From a bacterium (GTDB lineage: Bacteria > J088 > JAWLBW01): a DNA stretch of 64,000 bases. Location of the stretch: NCBI GenBank assembly GCA_041690355.1, contig JAWLHK010000002.1:186001-250000 (forward strand), written 5' to 3'. The notes under the pieces were generated by a model. That model worked only from the letters and a program-made list of their open reading frames with translations, did no database searches and was not told the DNA's origin. Positions 1 through 8,454 of the stretch are shown one piece after another; position 1 is the first letter of the stretch, and every line of letters begins with the position of its first letter. The position numbers and the translations under genes were made by a program.

Positions 1-256
1 CGAGCCGTTGCAGCGCCGACCGAAACCGTTCCTGATCGCGCGCGAGCAGGGCCGCCTCTGTGGCGCCGACGGCCGCAGAAACGCTCTGTGCGTAAATCGA
101 GTCGGCCGTCCCGCGCAGACAGGACAGCTGCCGACGCATGCGTTCGGCACTCTCCGAATGACGAAGACGCCCGGCCGCGAGCCGGAGGTCGAGAACCGTC
201 TCGCGGATCTCGGCCTCGAACATGGCCAGGGCATCCTGCGGGACGGATGCGATCAT
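1..256 (-). CDS. HPt/CheA-P1-like helical protein, phosphoacceptor His apparently replaced (partial, runs off left edge)
   Basis: Not in ORF track. ATG at 256 overlaps the TGA of the upstream REC gene (ATGA). Manual translation MIASVPQDALAMFEAEIRETVLDLRLAAGRLRHSESAERMRRQLSCLRGTADSIYAQSVSAAVGATEAALL... stays open to position 1 and resembles the HPt pattern F..E..E.L..L....R..HxLKG.A. Confidence 0.6.
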   Translation of the reverse strand, partial: MIASVPQDALAMFEAEIRETVLDLRLAAGRLRHSESAERMRRQLSCLRGTADSIYAQSVSAAVGATEAALLARDQERFRSALQRL

Positions 257-678
257 ATGGCCATCCCCGAGAGGACGTTGCGGGCAACGGACACGGCGTG
301 GTCCCGGTCGGCCTTGGCGACAAGATGAAGCCGCGCGTGGTCGACCCCCTCGACATCGGCTCGCTCACCCGTCTTGACCATCGAGCTTACGACCATGACC
401 GGAAGCTTCGTGTCGAGCGCATGCGCGCGGGCGGCCAGCTTCCAGCCGTCGAGGCCGGGCATGTCGATGTCGGTAATGAGCAGGTCAAAGCGGATCGCCT
501 TGAGCAACTGCAGCGCCTGTTGACCGTCACGGGCCGTGACGATGCGCAGACCGGCTGTATCTGCGTGCAGAGCCTGCGCAATCTCTTCCGGGGTATCGCC
601 CTTGATCGGCGCGGCGCCAAGGGCGTACATCCACAGCGCGCGCTGGGTAGGGCTGTCGTCGACAATGAGAATTACCAT
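253..678 (-). CDS. Single-domain response regulator (CheY-like REC)
   Basis: C-terminal part of ORF 253..1374. MVILIVDDS...DLLITDIDMPGLDG...PVMVVSS...VAK. ATG 678 overlaps the EAL stop. Confidence 0.85.
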   Translation of the reverse strand: MVILIVDDSPTQRALWMYALGAAPIKGDTPEEIAQALHADTAGLRIVTARDGQQALQLLKAIRFDLLITDIDMPGLDGWKLAARAHALDTKLPVMVVSSMVKTGERADVEGVDHARLHLVAKADRDHAVSVARNVLSGMAI

Positions 679-1442
679 GTTTGACTCCCAGGGGTTGAGA
701 AGTGAGTCTGAAGCTCTTCTGGATGGACCGGAGGCTGAAAGACGAATCCCTGCACGAAGCGGAAACCAAGACGGGCCGCCGCGTCCAGATCCGCGGGCGT
801 CTCGATCCCCTCGGCATAGACGTCCACGCCGAGGCGCTCGCCGAGGGCAAGCAGCATTTCGGCCATGGCCTGCCGGCGCGGTGAGCGGGCCAGGTCGATG
901 AGCAGGGGCCGGCCGATTTTCAGAATGTCGAAGGGACCGTCGACGACGACGTCGAGGTTGGCCGACCCGCACCCGACATCGTCGAGGGCGATGCGGAAGC
1001 CGCTTGCCTGGAGGGATTCGAGGCGGCGGAAAAAGCGGCGGTCCCGGGAAGGCAGCGCATTCTCGATGATCTCGAACACGACGTTGGCGCGCGGGATCCC
1101 GAATGCGTCGCAGACGGCTTCGGCGAGGACAACGAAGTCGTCGTCGAACGTCAGGGTCCACCCATGCAGGTTGACCATGACCGGCCGCGGCTCGGCGATG
1201 CGCCGGCTCGACTCGAGGGCGGCGGTGATGCAGAGCCGGTCGATGCCCGCGATGCGGTGTTTTCTGCGCACGTACTCGAACAGGATGTCCGGCTTCTCGA
1301 GATTCGTATCGCGCGGGCCCCTTGTGAGCGCCTCGTAGGCCACGGCGCTCCAGCCCTGCTCGTCGAGTCGGCACACGGGTTGGAACCGGGTCGAGACGGC
1401 GTTGGGCCGGTAGAGCTGCTCGAGCAGATCGTTCTCAGGCAC
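672..1442 (-). CDS. Stand-alone EAL-domain c-di-GMP phosphodiesterase
   Basis: FQPV, YEALTR, VNL, FEIIE, LDDVG, LKI, AEGIET and VQG all present. Confidence 0.9.
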   Translation of the reverse strand: MPENDLLEQLYRPNAVSTRFQPVCRLDEQGWSAVAYEALTRGPRDTNLEKPDILFEYVRRKHRIAGIDRLCITAALESSRRIAEPRPVMVNLHGWTLTFDDDFVVLAEAVCDAFGIPRANVVFEIIENALPSRDRRFFRRLESLQASGFRIALDDVGCGSANLDVVVDGPFDILKIGRPLLIDLARSPRRQAMAEMLLALGERLGVDVYAEGIETPADLDAAARLGFRFVQGFVFQPPVHPEELQTHFSTPGSQTW

Positions 1443-1821
1443 GTGCGCCGCCCTCGAGCATGGAATGAATCTGATCGGCCAGAAAATCGAGCGGCTGGGG
1501 CTTGGCCAGGAGGAGGTTCACCCCCATGTTTCTGGCCTCGGCCATGACGGGCGCGGTGCCGAAGGCGGTCAGCAGAATGACGGGAAGTGTCGGCGCCTTG
1601 TGCCGCGCAAGCTTGATGACTTCGAGCCCCTCGGCCCCCTGGACGCCCGTCAGGCGCAGGTCGGCAATCAGCAGATCGAAGTCTTCATGCAGGATGAGGG
1701 CCGCCGCTTCTTCTTCTTCGCGGGCGCACCAGGTGCGATAGCCCCGTTTCTGGAGATACCGGCTGAGGGCGAAGAGAATCGCCTGTTCGTCGTCGACGAT
1801 GAGAATGCGGGGTTGCGTCAT
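1435..1821 (-). CDS. Single-domain response regulator
   Basis: MTQPRILIVDDE...DLLIADLRL...PVILLTA...AKP. Start trimmed to ATG 1821. Confidence 0.9.
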   Translation of the reverse strand: MTQPRILIVDDEQAILFALSRYLQKRGYRTWCAREEEEAAALILHEDFDLLIADLRLTGVQGAEGLEVIKLARHKAPTLPVILLTAFGTAPVMAEARNMGVNLLLAKPQPLDFLADQIHSMLEGGARA

Positions 1822-1836
1822 GGCGAGCGGCCATGC

Positions 1837-1852
1837 AGCGAAAGGCGTGCCA
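1837..1852 (-). promoter_or_regulatory. sigma54 (-24/-12) promoter
   Basis: Minus strand TGGCACGCCTTTCGCT versus consensus TGGCACG-N4-TTGCW, with correct GG/GC spacing. Directly upstream of the REC gene. Confidence 0.75.
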
Positions 1853-1902
1853 GCCTGCGCTCCGGGGAGAAAAGGGGCTTTCTCCCGGCGTTTTTCCACA
1901 AT

Positions 1903-1934
1903 TCGGATTCCAGATTCTAAAATCTGGAATCCGA
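1903..1934. promoter_or_regulatory. Perfect 14-bp inverted repeat, candidate enhancer (UAS) for the NtrC-type activator
   Basis: TCGGATTCCAGATT-ctaa-AATCTGGAATCCGA, 50-80 bp upstream of the sigma54 site, no U-tract. Confidence 0.6.
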
Positions 1935-1951
1935 GCGGCGCGTGGGGCGGC

Positions 1952-3301
1952 TCAGGATTCCTTGAGGCCGAACTGCTTCAGCTTGTTGTAGGCCGAGCTT
2001 CTGGAAATGCCGAGGATCTCGGCCGTAAGCTGCACGTTCTCACCGGTGTGGCGGAAGACGGAGGTAAAGTGCTCGCGCTCGATCTCGGCGAGCGTGGCCA
2101 GGCGCGGACCTTGGTGGGGTGACGTGACGGGGGGCGTCGCCGCCGAGGGAAGAACGAGGGCCTCCACGTCGACCACCGTCCCCTGCACGCGCAGGAGAGC
2201 GCGCTCGAGAACATTGCGAAGTTCACGGATGTTGCCCGGCCAGTCGTAGCGCTTCAACTTTTCCAGGGCCGCCGACGTGAGGGTGGGGGGCGAGCGGGAG
2301 AGGCCGGGTGCGAGCGCGGCTACGATCTTTTCGGCAAGAAACGGGATGTCCTCGGCCCGCTGCCGCAGCGGCGGCAGCGCGATGGGAAAGGCGCTGATCC
2401 GATAAAACAGGTCCTGCCGGAAGGCGCCCTCCGCCGCCCGTGTCTGGAGGGGATGGTGCGTGGCAAAGATGAGCCGTACATCGGCTACCTTTTCGCGAAC
2501 CGAGCCCAGGCGGCGGAACCGGCGATCTTCGATGACCTTGAGCAGTTTGGCCTGCACGCGAAGGTCGATATCGCCGATTTCGTCGAGAAAGAGAGTGCCG
2601 TGTTGGGCGACTTCGAGCAAGCCCGGTTTCGCGGCCACCGCCCCGGTGAAGGCGCCCTTCTCATGGCCGAAGAGTTCGCTCTCGAGAAACTCGGGCGTCA
2701 GGCCGGCGCAGTTCAGATCCACAAAGGGTTCTTCGCCGCGGCTGCTCTGCTCGTGCAGCCAGCGGGCGAGCACCCCTTTGCCGCTCCCGGTCTCGCCAAG
2801 CAGCAGGATCGGCCCCTGGCCCTGAAGGGCGCTCTCGGCTTCTACACGCAGCCGCTGCGAGGCCGGGCCCGGGCCCGCGAAGGGGTCCTGTTCGGCCGCG
2901 GGGCGGCTGCGCACGGCCGCGGCCTCCTTCTGCCGGCTGCGGCGCGCACTGTGCAGGCGATCGAGAATGGTGGCCAGAGAAGGGAGATCGACCGGCTTCG
3001 TCAGAAAGTGGTCTGCGCCGGCCTGCATGGCGCGCACGGCAAGGTCGACCGTCGCATGACCGGTCAGAATGATGAAGGGGATCGCTTCTTCGAGTGCGCG
3101 CACCCGTTCGAGGAGGCGCAGTGCGTCGCCGTCGGGCAAGGAGAAGTCCGAGACGATCCAGTGCGGCGGATTCGCTTCGAGCGATCGCAGCGCCGCCTCG
3201 ATCGTATCGGCCTCCTGCACGTCGATGTTGCGCCCTGCGAGAAATCGTCTGACACCGAAACGCACGGCGGCGTCGTCTTCAACCAGCAACAGAGAATTCA
3301 T
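1952..3301 (-). CDS. sigma54-dependent response regulator (NtrC family: REC-AAA+-HTH)
   Basis: MNSLLLVEDD REC, GETGSGKG Walker A, ESELFGHEKGAFTGA, LFLDEIG, WPGNIRELRN, C-terminal Fis-type HTH. Confidence 0.95.
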   Translation of the reverse strand: MNSLLLVEDDAAVRFGVRRFLAGRNIDVQEADTIEAALRSLEANPPHWIVSDFSLPDGDALRLLERVRALEEAIPFIILTGHATVDLAVRAMQAGADHFLTKPVDLPSLATILDRLHSARRSRQKEAAAVRSRPAAEQDPFAGPGPASQRLRVEAESALQGQGPILLLGETGSGKGVLARWLHEQSSRGEEPFVDLNCAGLTPEFLESELFGHEKGAFTGAVAAKPGLLEVAQHGTLFLDEIGDIDLRVQAKLLKVIEDRRFRRLGSVREKVADVRLIFATHHPLQTRAAEGAFRQDLFYRISAFPIALPPLRQRAEDIPFLAEKIVAALAPGLSRSPPTLTSAALEKLKRYDWPGNIRELRNVLERALLRVQGTVVDVEALVLPSAATPPVTSPHQGPRLATLAEIEREHFTSVFRHTGENVQLTAEILGISRSSAYNKLKQFGLKES

Positions 3302-6300
3302 GGCCGTCTGGGGGTGAAAGAGGGAGTTCCATGACGACGCGCGCGCCGCCGTCTTCGCGATTTTCGGCCGTGACGTTGCCGCCGTGGTGCTCGACGAAGC
3401 GCTGCACGATCGACAGGCCGAGTCCCGTCCCCCCGCGTCGGCGCGTGAAGAACGGCTCGAAGATCCGGTGCAGGTCGGCGGCCGGAAATCCGGGGCCTTG
3501 ATCCTCGATGACAAATCGCAACGGCCGTTCGCCGGTTCCGCGCGCAAGCCGCAGGCGCACCGTCGCGCCGGCCGGAGAGTGCTGGATCGCATTCTGAATC
3601 AGGTTTTCGAGCGCCTGCCGCAGCCGGGAGGCGTCGGCGCGAAACTTCCCGAGCCCCGGCTCTACGGACCACTCGAGGCGCACGTCGGCCGCGTGCGCGA
3701 GGGCCGAGCAGGACCGCACCGCGTCGCCGACCAGTGCGGCGGGAGCGCAATCGGCAATGTCCAGTTCGCGCGGCCGCCCGTAGTCGAGCAGCTCGCTGGC
3801 CAGCGATTGCAACCGGTCGACGGCCGAACGCAGCACGGTGACATACTCGGCGATCTCGGGAAGCTCGGCGAACTCCTGATTCATGGCGTCGAGGCAGGCC
3901 GAGATGCTGAAGAGCGGATTCCGTACTTCGTGCGACACGCCGGCGACGATGCGCCCGAGGGCCGACATGGTTTCTGCGTGCCGCACCTTCTGCTCGAGCT
4001 CGACGCGTGAGGTGACGTCGCGCGCGAGCAGAATCATGCGGCGTTCGCCGCCGGGACCTTGAAACACGGTCGCCGCGACCTCCCAGGCGCGCCCCGATTC
4101 GCAGTCGGCAACCTGACGGGCCGCGGGAGCCGACGTGGCGGCCGCCTGGTCGAGACAGATCCGGAGCGAGGCCCACGGTTCGGCCTTACCGTAGTCGGCC
4201 AGGGTATTCGAATGGGCCCGGTTTACCGAGCGTGAGCGCAGCAGGCGCCCGGCCTCGTTACTGCGCGTCAGGTGTCCGGTGGCGTCGGCGATGAATACGG
4301 GAAAGTCGACGGCGTCAAAGGTCTTGCGCCACTCCAGTTCGCTCACCTCGATGGCCGCCCGCAGGCTGCGCTCGGCCTCTTCGAGCAGGGCGCGCTGGGT
4401 CACGTCGCGCAGAAAGACCGTGAAAAGTACGGTTCCGTCCTGAATGAGCTTCGATACCGACGCTTCGGCAGGAAACTCTTCACCGCTCCTGCGGCGGCCA
4501 TGAATGCCGCGCCGCCCGTTCATCGCGCGCGACGATACCCCCTGGCCCTCGAAGCGGCGTACAGCCTCGGCGTGGGTTTCTGCATGCCGGTCGGGGAGCA
4601 GTCTGGAGAGCGGCATCCCCAGAGCTTCGTCGGCGGAATAGCCGAAGATACGCTCGGCGGCCTTGTTGAAGAGGACAATCCTATGCGCTGCATCCATGGT
4701 GATGATGGCGTCGTCGGCGAGTTCAAGAATCCCCTGCAGACGCTCGCGCGACTTCAGCAGGTCGCGCTCGGCCTTGCGCTGGTGAGTGATGTCCCGTGCG
4801 CTCCCCATGAGGTGGGTACAGCGCCCGGCGCCGTCGAAGATCGGCGTCAGCCGCGTCTCGACCTGCACCTGGCCGGCGGGGAGGGAGACCGATTCTTCGT
4901 AGACGATCGGCGCGCCGGCGTGCAGGGCTTCTCGGTACTTCCCGATCACGAATCGGGCGGCCTCGGGCGGGAGAATATCTTCGATGTACCTGCCCAGCAG
5001 CTGGTCTTCACCCAGCCCGGTCCGCTGCAGATAGGCGTTGTTCACCGATACGCAACGGAAGCGATCGTTCTCCTCGACTTCCATGAGAAAGATCAGATCG
5101 GAAGTCGCCTGGTAGATGAGCGAGAGGCGCTGTTCGCTTTCGCGCAGGGCCTTCTCGACCATGCCGCGGCGCCGGATGTCCTCGGCGAGGCGCTCGTTGG
5201 CCTCGGCGAGCTGCACGGTGCGCTCTACGACCTTGTGCTCCAGCTCCTGGCCGAGCTCCCGAAGCCACTCTTCGACGATCTTCTGTTCCGTGATCTCACT
5301 GTGCGCAATGACCGCGCGGACGGGTCCGTCGTCGGGAAATTTGGTGATGCGGACCACATACCAGGCGGTGCGTGGCGGCACGCTCAATGAATACTCGTAT
5401 ATGAACTCTTCGCGCACCCCCGCGAGAACTTCGCGCAGCCCGCGGGCGACCTCTGCGGCCGCCTCATCTCCCTGATCTGCGGCGGCATCGCACACCGACA
5501 GATAGTTGGCTCCCCCGCCTGTTGCAAGGGGATCGCCGCCGTTGCGTTCTGAAAAGCGTCGCCAGGATGCATTCGTGCGCAGGATGGCGCCGTTCTCGTC
5601 GACGATCGCAATCTGCGCCGTGAGCGCATCGACGGTCGCCTTCGCAAACCGCTCTGACTCGGCCAGCGCAGTCTCTGCGGCGCGCCGCCGCTCTTCTTCG
5701 GCAAGCAGACCGAGCATATAAGACGCGTCGGTGACCAGCCGCTCGAGGTTGCCGTGGTCAATAACCCCGGCGATGGCCTCGCGCAGCCCGCTGATGTGCA
5801 GAACGTAGCGAATCTGAGCCCCGTCCATGAGCGGAACCGCGAAGCAGAAATCTTTGCTCCTGTCTGCCTCCGAGACCAGGTAGCGTTCGCCCGCCAGCAG
5901 GCTCGTGGCCATTTCGGGGTGCGCGGCGAGCACATAGGGCTGCACCGTGGCGTGGCGCGGGTAAACGTGCTGGGGCATCACTTCGCCGCGCTGATTCAGA
6001 CGGCCGAACCAGACTCTGCGAAAACCTGCTTCTTCGACCAGGATACGGCCAAGTTCGCCGAAGAGGGCCTCGCTCGAACGGCTGCGCAGAATCGCGGCGT
6101 TGAGGATGGCGTAAAGGGTATTCAGGCGGCGCATGGCTTCGAGTCGAGCATCGGCCGCTTTGCGTTCGCGAATGTCGCGGACGATCATCTGCAAGTAGCC
6201 GTCGCTCAGCCGGCGCGCGCTGATTTCGACGTCAAGCGGACGGCTGCGCGAGACGATGCTGCGCTCTCCGCTGCAGGTCTCGCCCGCTTCGAGCCGGTGC

Positions 6301-7244
6301 AGGAGTTCGGCATCCATGAGGCCGATCTCGCCGGGATCGCGGGAGAGCAGGGTGTCGCGTGACTGCTCCAGAAGATTGCAGGCTGCAAGATTCGCGTCGA
6401 CCAGATACCTCCCGTCAGGCGAGAACAGAACGATAGCGTCGGCAGCCTGCTCGATCAGACTTCGATAGCGCTCTTCGCTTTCGCGCAGCTCCTGCCGGTT
6501 GGCCTGAATGCGTGCGGCCATGGCATCGAATGCGCTGCCGATGTGCCCCAGTTCGTCGCCGCCACTGACATCGGAGCGCGCATGGTCGTCACCATCGGCG
6601 AACGCGGCGGCGGCGCGCGCAATGCGATGAACCCGCCGGGTAAGCAGAAGATCGAGAAGCAGCCACAGGGCGAACGCTATCAGCGTGACCAGCGCCGCCG
6701 TCAGCAGCATGGTCTGCTGCGCCTCCCACAGGCTGCGCTCATTCAGGTGGGCCAGATCGAATTCGACGTACAGCGTGCCGAGCGTATTGTTACCGAGAAT
6801 GACAGGGAAGTTGGCGATCCGCAGCCCCGATTCGGCGGTCGCCCACGAAACTTCGTTCACGTCCTCGCGCAAGAGCAACGGGTGGGAAGCCAGCGCCGGC
6901 GGGCCCGCGCCGTCGGCGGCCGCCCGACGGCCGACCATATCGAGGCGGGTGGCCGCCATGACCGTCCCGTCGGGCGCGAAAAGGGCGGCCATGCGGACGT
7001 CGGGGATCGTCGCGATCAGAGCGACCTCGCGCCCCACCATCTCGTTGTCGTTGCTGCGCAGCAGGTATTCCAGTGTCGTGCGCAGCCGGTTGAGCTCGGC
7101 GGTGTGGTTGGCAAGCACGGCTTCTTCGGTGCGCTCATGCCGGAGAACCGTGAGGAGATAGGAGATGGCCCCCGAGCCCGCGAGCGAGAATACGAGCAGG
7201 CTCATGGGGATCAGAACGCGAAGCGGAGGAATCAGCCGCGTCAT
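3279..7244 (-). CDS. Membrane sensor histidine kinase with HAMP, multiple PAS and a GAF-like domain
   Basis: Two TM helices, HAMP (DELGHIGSAFDAM), several PAS/PAC units (RDI/RDVT), H-box SHEVRNPL, NAIQHS, DQGPG, FFTRRRGGTGLGL. Confidence 0.92.
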   Translation of the reverse strand: MTRLIPPLRVLIPMSLLVFSLAGSGAISYLLTVLRHERTEEAVLANHTAELNRLRTTLEYLLRSNDNEMVGREVALIATIPDVRMAALFAPDGTVMAATRLDMVGRRAAADGAGPPALASHPLLLREDVNEVSWATAESGLRIANFPVILGNNTLGTLYVEFDLAHLNERSLWEAQQTMLLTAALVTLIAFALWLLLDLLLTRRVHRIARAAAAFADGDDHARSDVSGGDELGHIGSAFDAMAARIQANRQELRESEERYRSLIEQAADAIVLFSPDGRYLVDANLAACNLLEQSRDTLLSRDPGEIGLMDAELLHRLEAGETCSGERSIVSRSRPLDVEISARRLSDGYLQMIVRDIRERKAADARLEAMRRLNTLYAILNAAILRSRSSEALFGELGRILVEEAGFRRVWFGRLNQRGEVMPQHVYPRHATVQPYVLAAHPEMATSLLAGERYLVSEADRSKDFCFAVPLMDGAQIRYVLHISGLREAIAGVIDHGNLERLVTDASYMLGLLAEEERRRAAETALAESERFAKATVDALTAQIAIVDENGAILRTNASWRRFSERNGGDPLATGGGANYLSVCDAAADQGDEAAAEVARGLREVLAGVREEFIYEYSLSVPPRTAWYVVRITKFPDDGPVRAVIAHSEITEQKIVEEWLRELGQELEHKVVERTVQLAEANERLAEDIRRRGMVEKALRESEQRLSLIYQATSDLIFLMEVEENDRFRCVSVNNAYLQRTGLGEDQLLGRYIEDILPPEAARFVIGKYREALHAGAPIVYEESVSLPAGQVQVETRLTPIFDGAGRCTHLMGSARDITHQRKAERDLLKSRERLQGILELADDAIITMDAAHRIVLFNKAAERIFGYSADEALGMPLSRLLPDRHAETHAEAVRRFEGQGVSSRAMNGRRGIHGRRRSGEEFPAEASVSKLIQDGTVLFTVFLRDVTQRALLEEAERSLRAAIEVSELEWRKTFDAVDFPVFIADATGHLTRSNEAGRLLRSRSVNRAHSNTLADYGKAEPWASLRICLDQAAATSAPAARQVADCESGRAWEVAATVFQGPGGERRMILLARDVTSRVELEQKVRHAETMSALGRIVAGVSHEVRNPLFSISACLDAMNQEFAELPEIAEYVTVLRSAVDRLQSLASELLDYGRPRELDIADCAPAALVGDAVRSCSALAHAADVRLEWSVEPGLGKFRADASRLRQALENLIQNAIQHSPAGATVRLRLARGTGERPLRFVIEDQGPGFPAADLHRIFEPFFTRRRGGTGLGLSIVQRFVEHHGGNVTAENREDGGARVVMELPLSPPDGHEFSVAG

Positions 7245-8206
7245 GGATAAACCTCGCGGACTTCGTCGCGATGCGGGATGAAGCGATCGAGCTGCGCGGG
7301 GTGATGCAGCAGCCCGCGGTTGAGCATGAATGTCTGGACGCGTTCGGCGGTCACGGAAAGCGGAGCGGGCGAGGTCGGGTCAAACGCTCCCAGGCTCTCC
7401 GGCGGATCGAAGAAGCGGATGGTGCCAAAAGCGTCTTCAGCATCGCCGATGGGCGTCCCCCGGCGTCTTTCGAGCAGCCCATGAGCCCGTGCGGGGGACA
7501 CGCGCAGAAACTGCACACCCCGGTACCAGGCGGCCACCATGCGGCGGAGCGTCTCGCGGCGGCTGTCCAGGAGCGCGCGACGGACGAGAAGGACGTCGAC
7601 GATTTCTCCGGGGAGAGAGCGGCTGTCGAACAGCTGTGTTCCCCCCAGATCGCGAAGAGCGCCGGCCATGGGCTCGAAGGTGACGACGGCATCGATCTCC
7701 GGGTCGTCAAACGCCTGGGAATGCGTTGTGGAATAGAGATCGCGAACCTTCACGTCGCCTGTCGTCAATCCGGCCGACTCGAGCGCGCGATGCAGCATGT
7801 AGGCACCTACGGCCGTCGGCTCCCGGGCCACGGTACGCCCTTTGAGGTCAGCGAGCGAACCGATACCGGCCCGGCCGATGATGGCGTCGGCCCCCTCAGA
7901 CACGCTGAGGGGGAGCAGCACGACGACGTCGGGATCCCATTGGGCCACGGTCAAGGCCTCGTCAAGGGTGAGCAGGGCCACATCGAGGAGACCGGTGCGA
8001 AACGCTCGAACCACGTCGGAATTCGCCAGGAAGTCGACCATACGCACGTCGGGAGGAAGCCAGCCCTGTTCCCTGGCCAGGTAGAACGGATCGTAGCCTG
8101 CCCAGATGATGTTTCCCATGCGCAGGGTGGGCGCGGGTTTCCGGACGCATCCGGGCAGGGAGAAAGCGAGCAGAAAGATGAGGGATACCCGCAGAATTGT
8201 GCGCAA
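7241..8206 (-). CDS. NMT1/SsuA-type periplasmic solute-binding lipoprotein
   Basis: WAGYDPFYLA, SEGADAI, LKGRTVA, DAVVTFEP, EIVDVL motifs and lipobox LPGC. Probable TTG start at 8206 behind GGAGG. Stop overlaps the kinase ATG. Confidence 0.85.
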   Translation of the reverse strand: MRTILRVSLIFLLAFSLPGCVRKPAPTLRMGNIIWAGYDPFYLAREQGWLPPDVRMVDFLANSDVVRAFRTGLLDVALLTLDEALTVAQWDPDVVVLLPLSVSEGADAIIGRAGIGSLADLKGRTVAREPTAVGAYMLHRALESAGLTTGDVKVRDLYSTTHSQAFDDPEIDAVVTFEPMAGALRDLGGTQLFDSRSLPGEIVDVLLVRRALLDSRRETLRRMVAAWYRGVQFLRVSPARAHGLLERRRGTPIGDAEDAFGTIRFFDPPESLGAFDPTSPAPLSVTAERVQTFMLNRGLLHHPAQLDRFIPHRDEVREVYP

Positions 8207-8454
8207 GCCGGTCCTCCGAAAAGGCAGGGGAAGATATTGTGCGACAATCGCGCCGAGGGGCAAAGCCACCGGATCGACTTTTGCGCGATTCCGCACCCCT
8301 TGCGGGCGGCAGGCGACTCCACCGTTACATGGCTGAATCGTGGCCTGTAACGAAACGTGCCGAAGTGCGTCGTTACGCTACGCTCTGGGCATGCCGTACG
8401 CTCCCTGCTGCCGGGGTGGGACCGAGGCCGTGGTCGCGTGTGTCGCGAGTCCGT

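Noticed and set aside
679-1374. N-terminal extension of ORF 253..1374
   Set aside because: Off-frame overlap with the EAL gene; the real REC starts at 678
1892-1900. TTTTCCACA as a DnaA box or origin
   Set aside because: Single relaxed match inside a sigma54 regulatory region, with no box cluster or unwinding element
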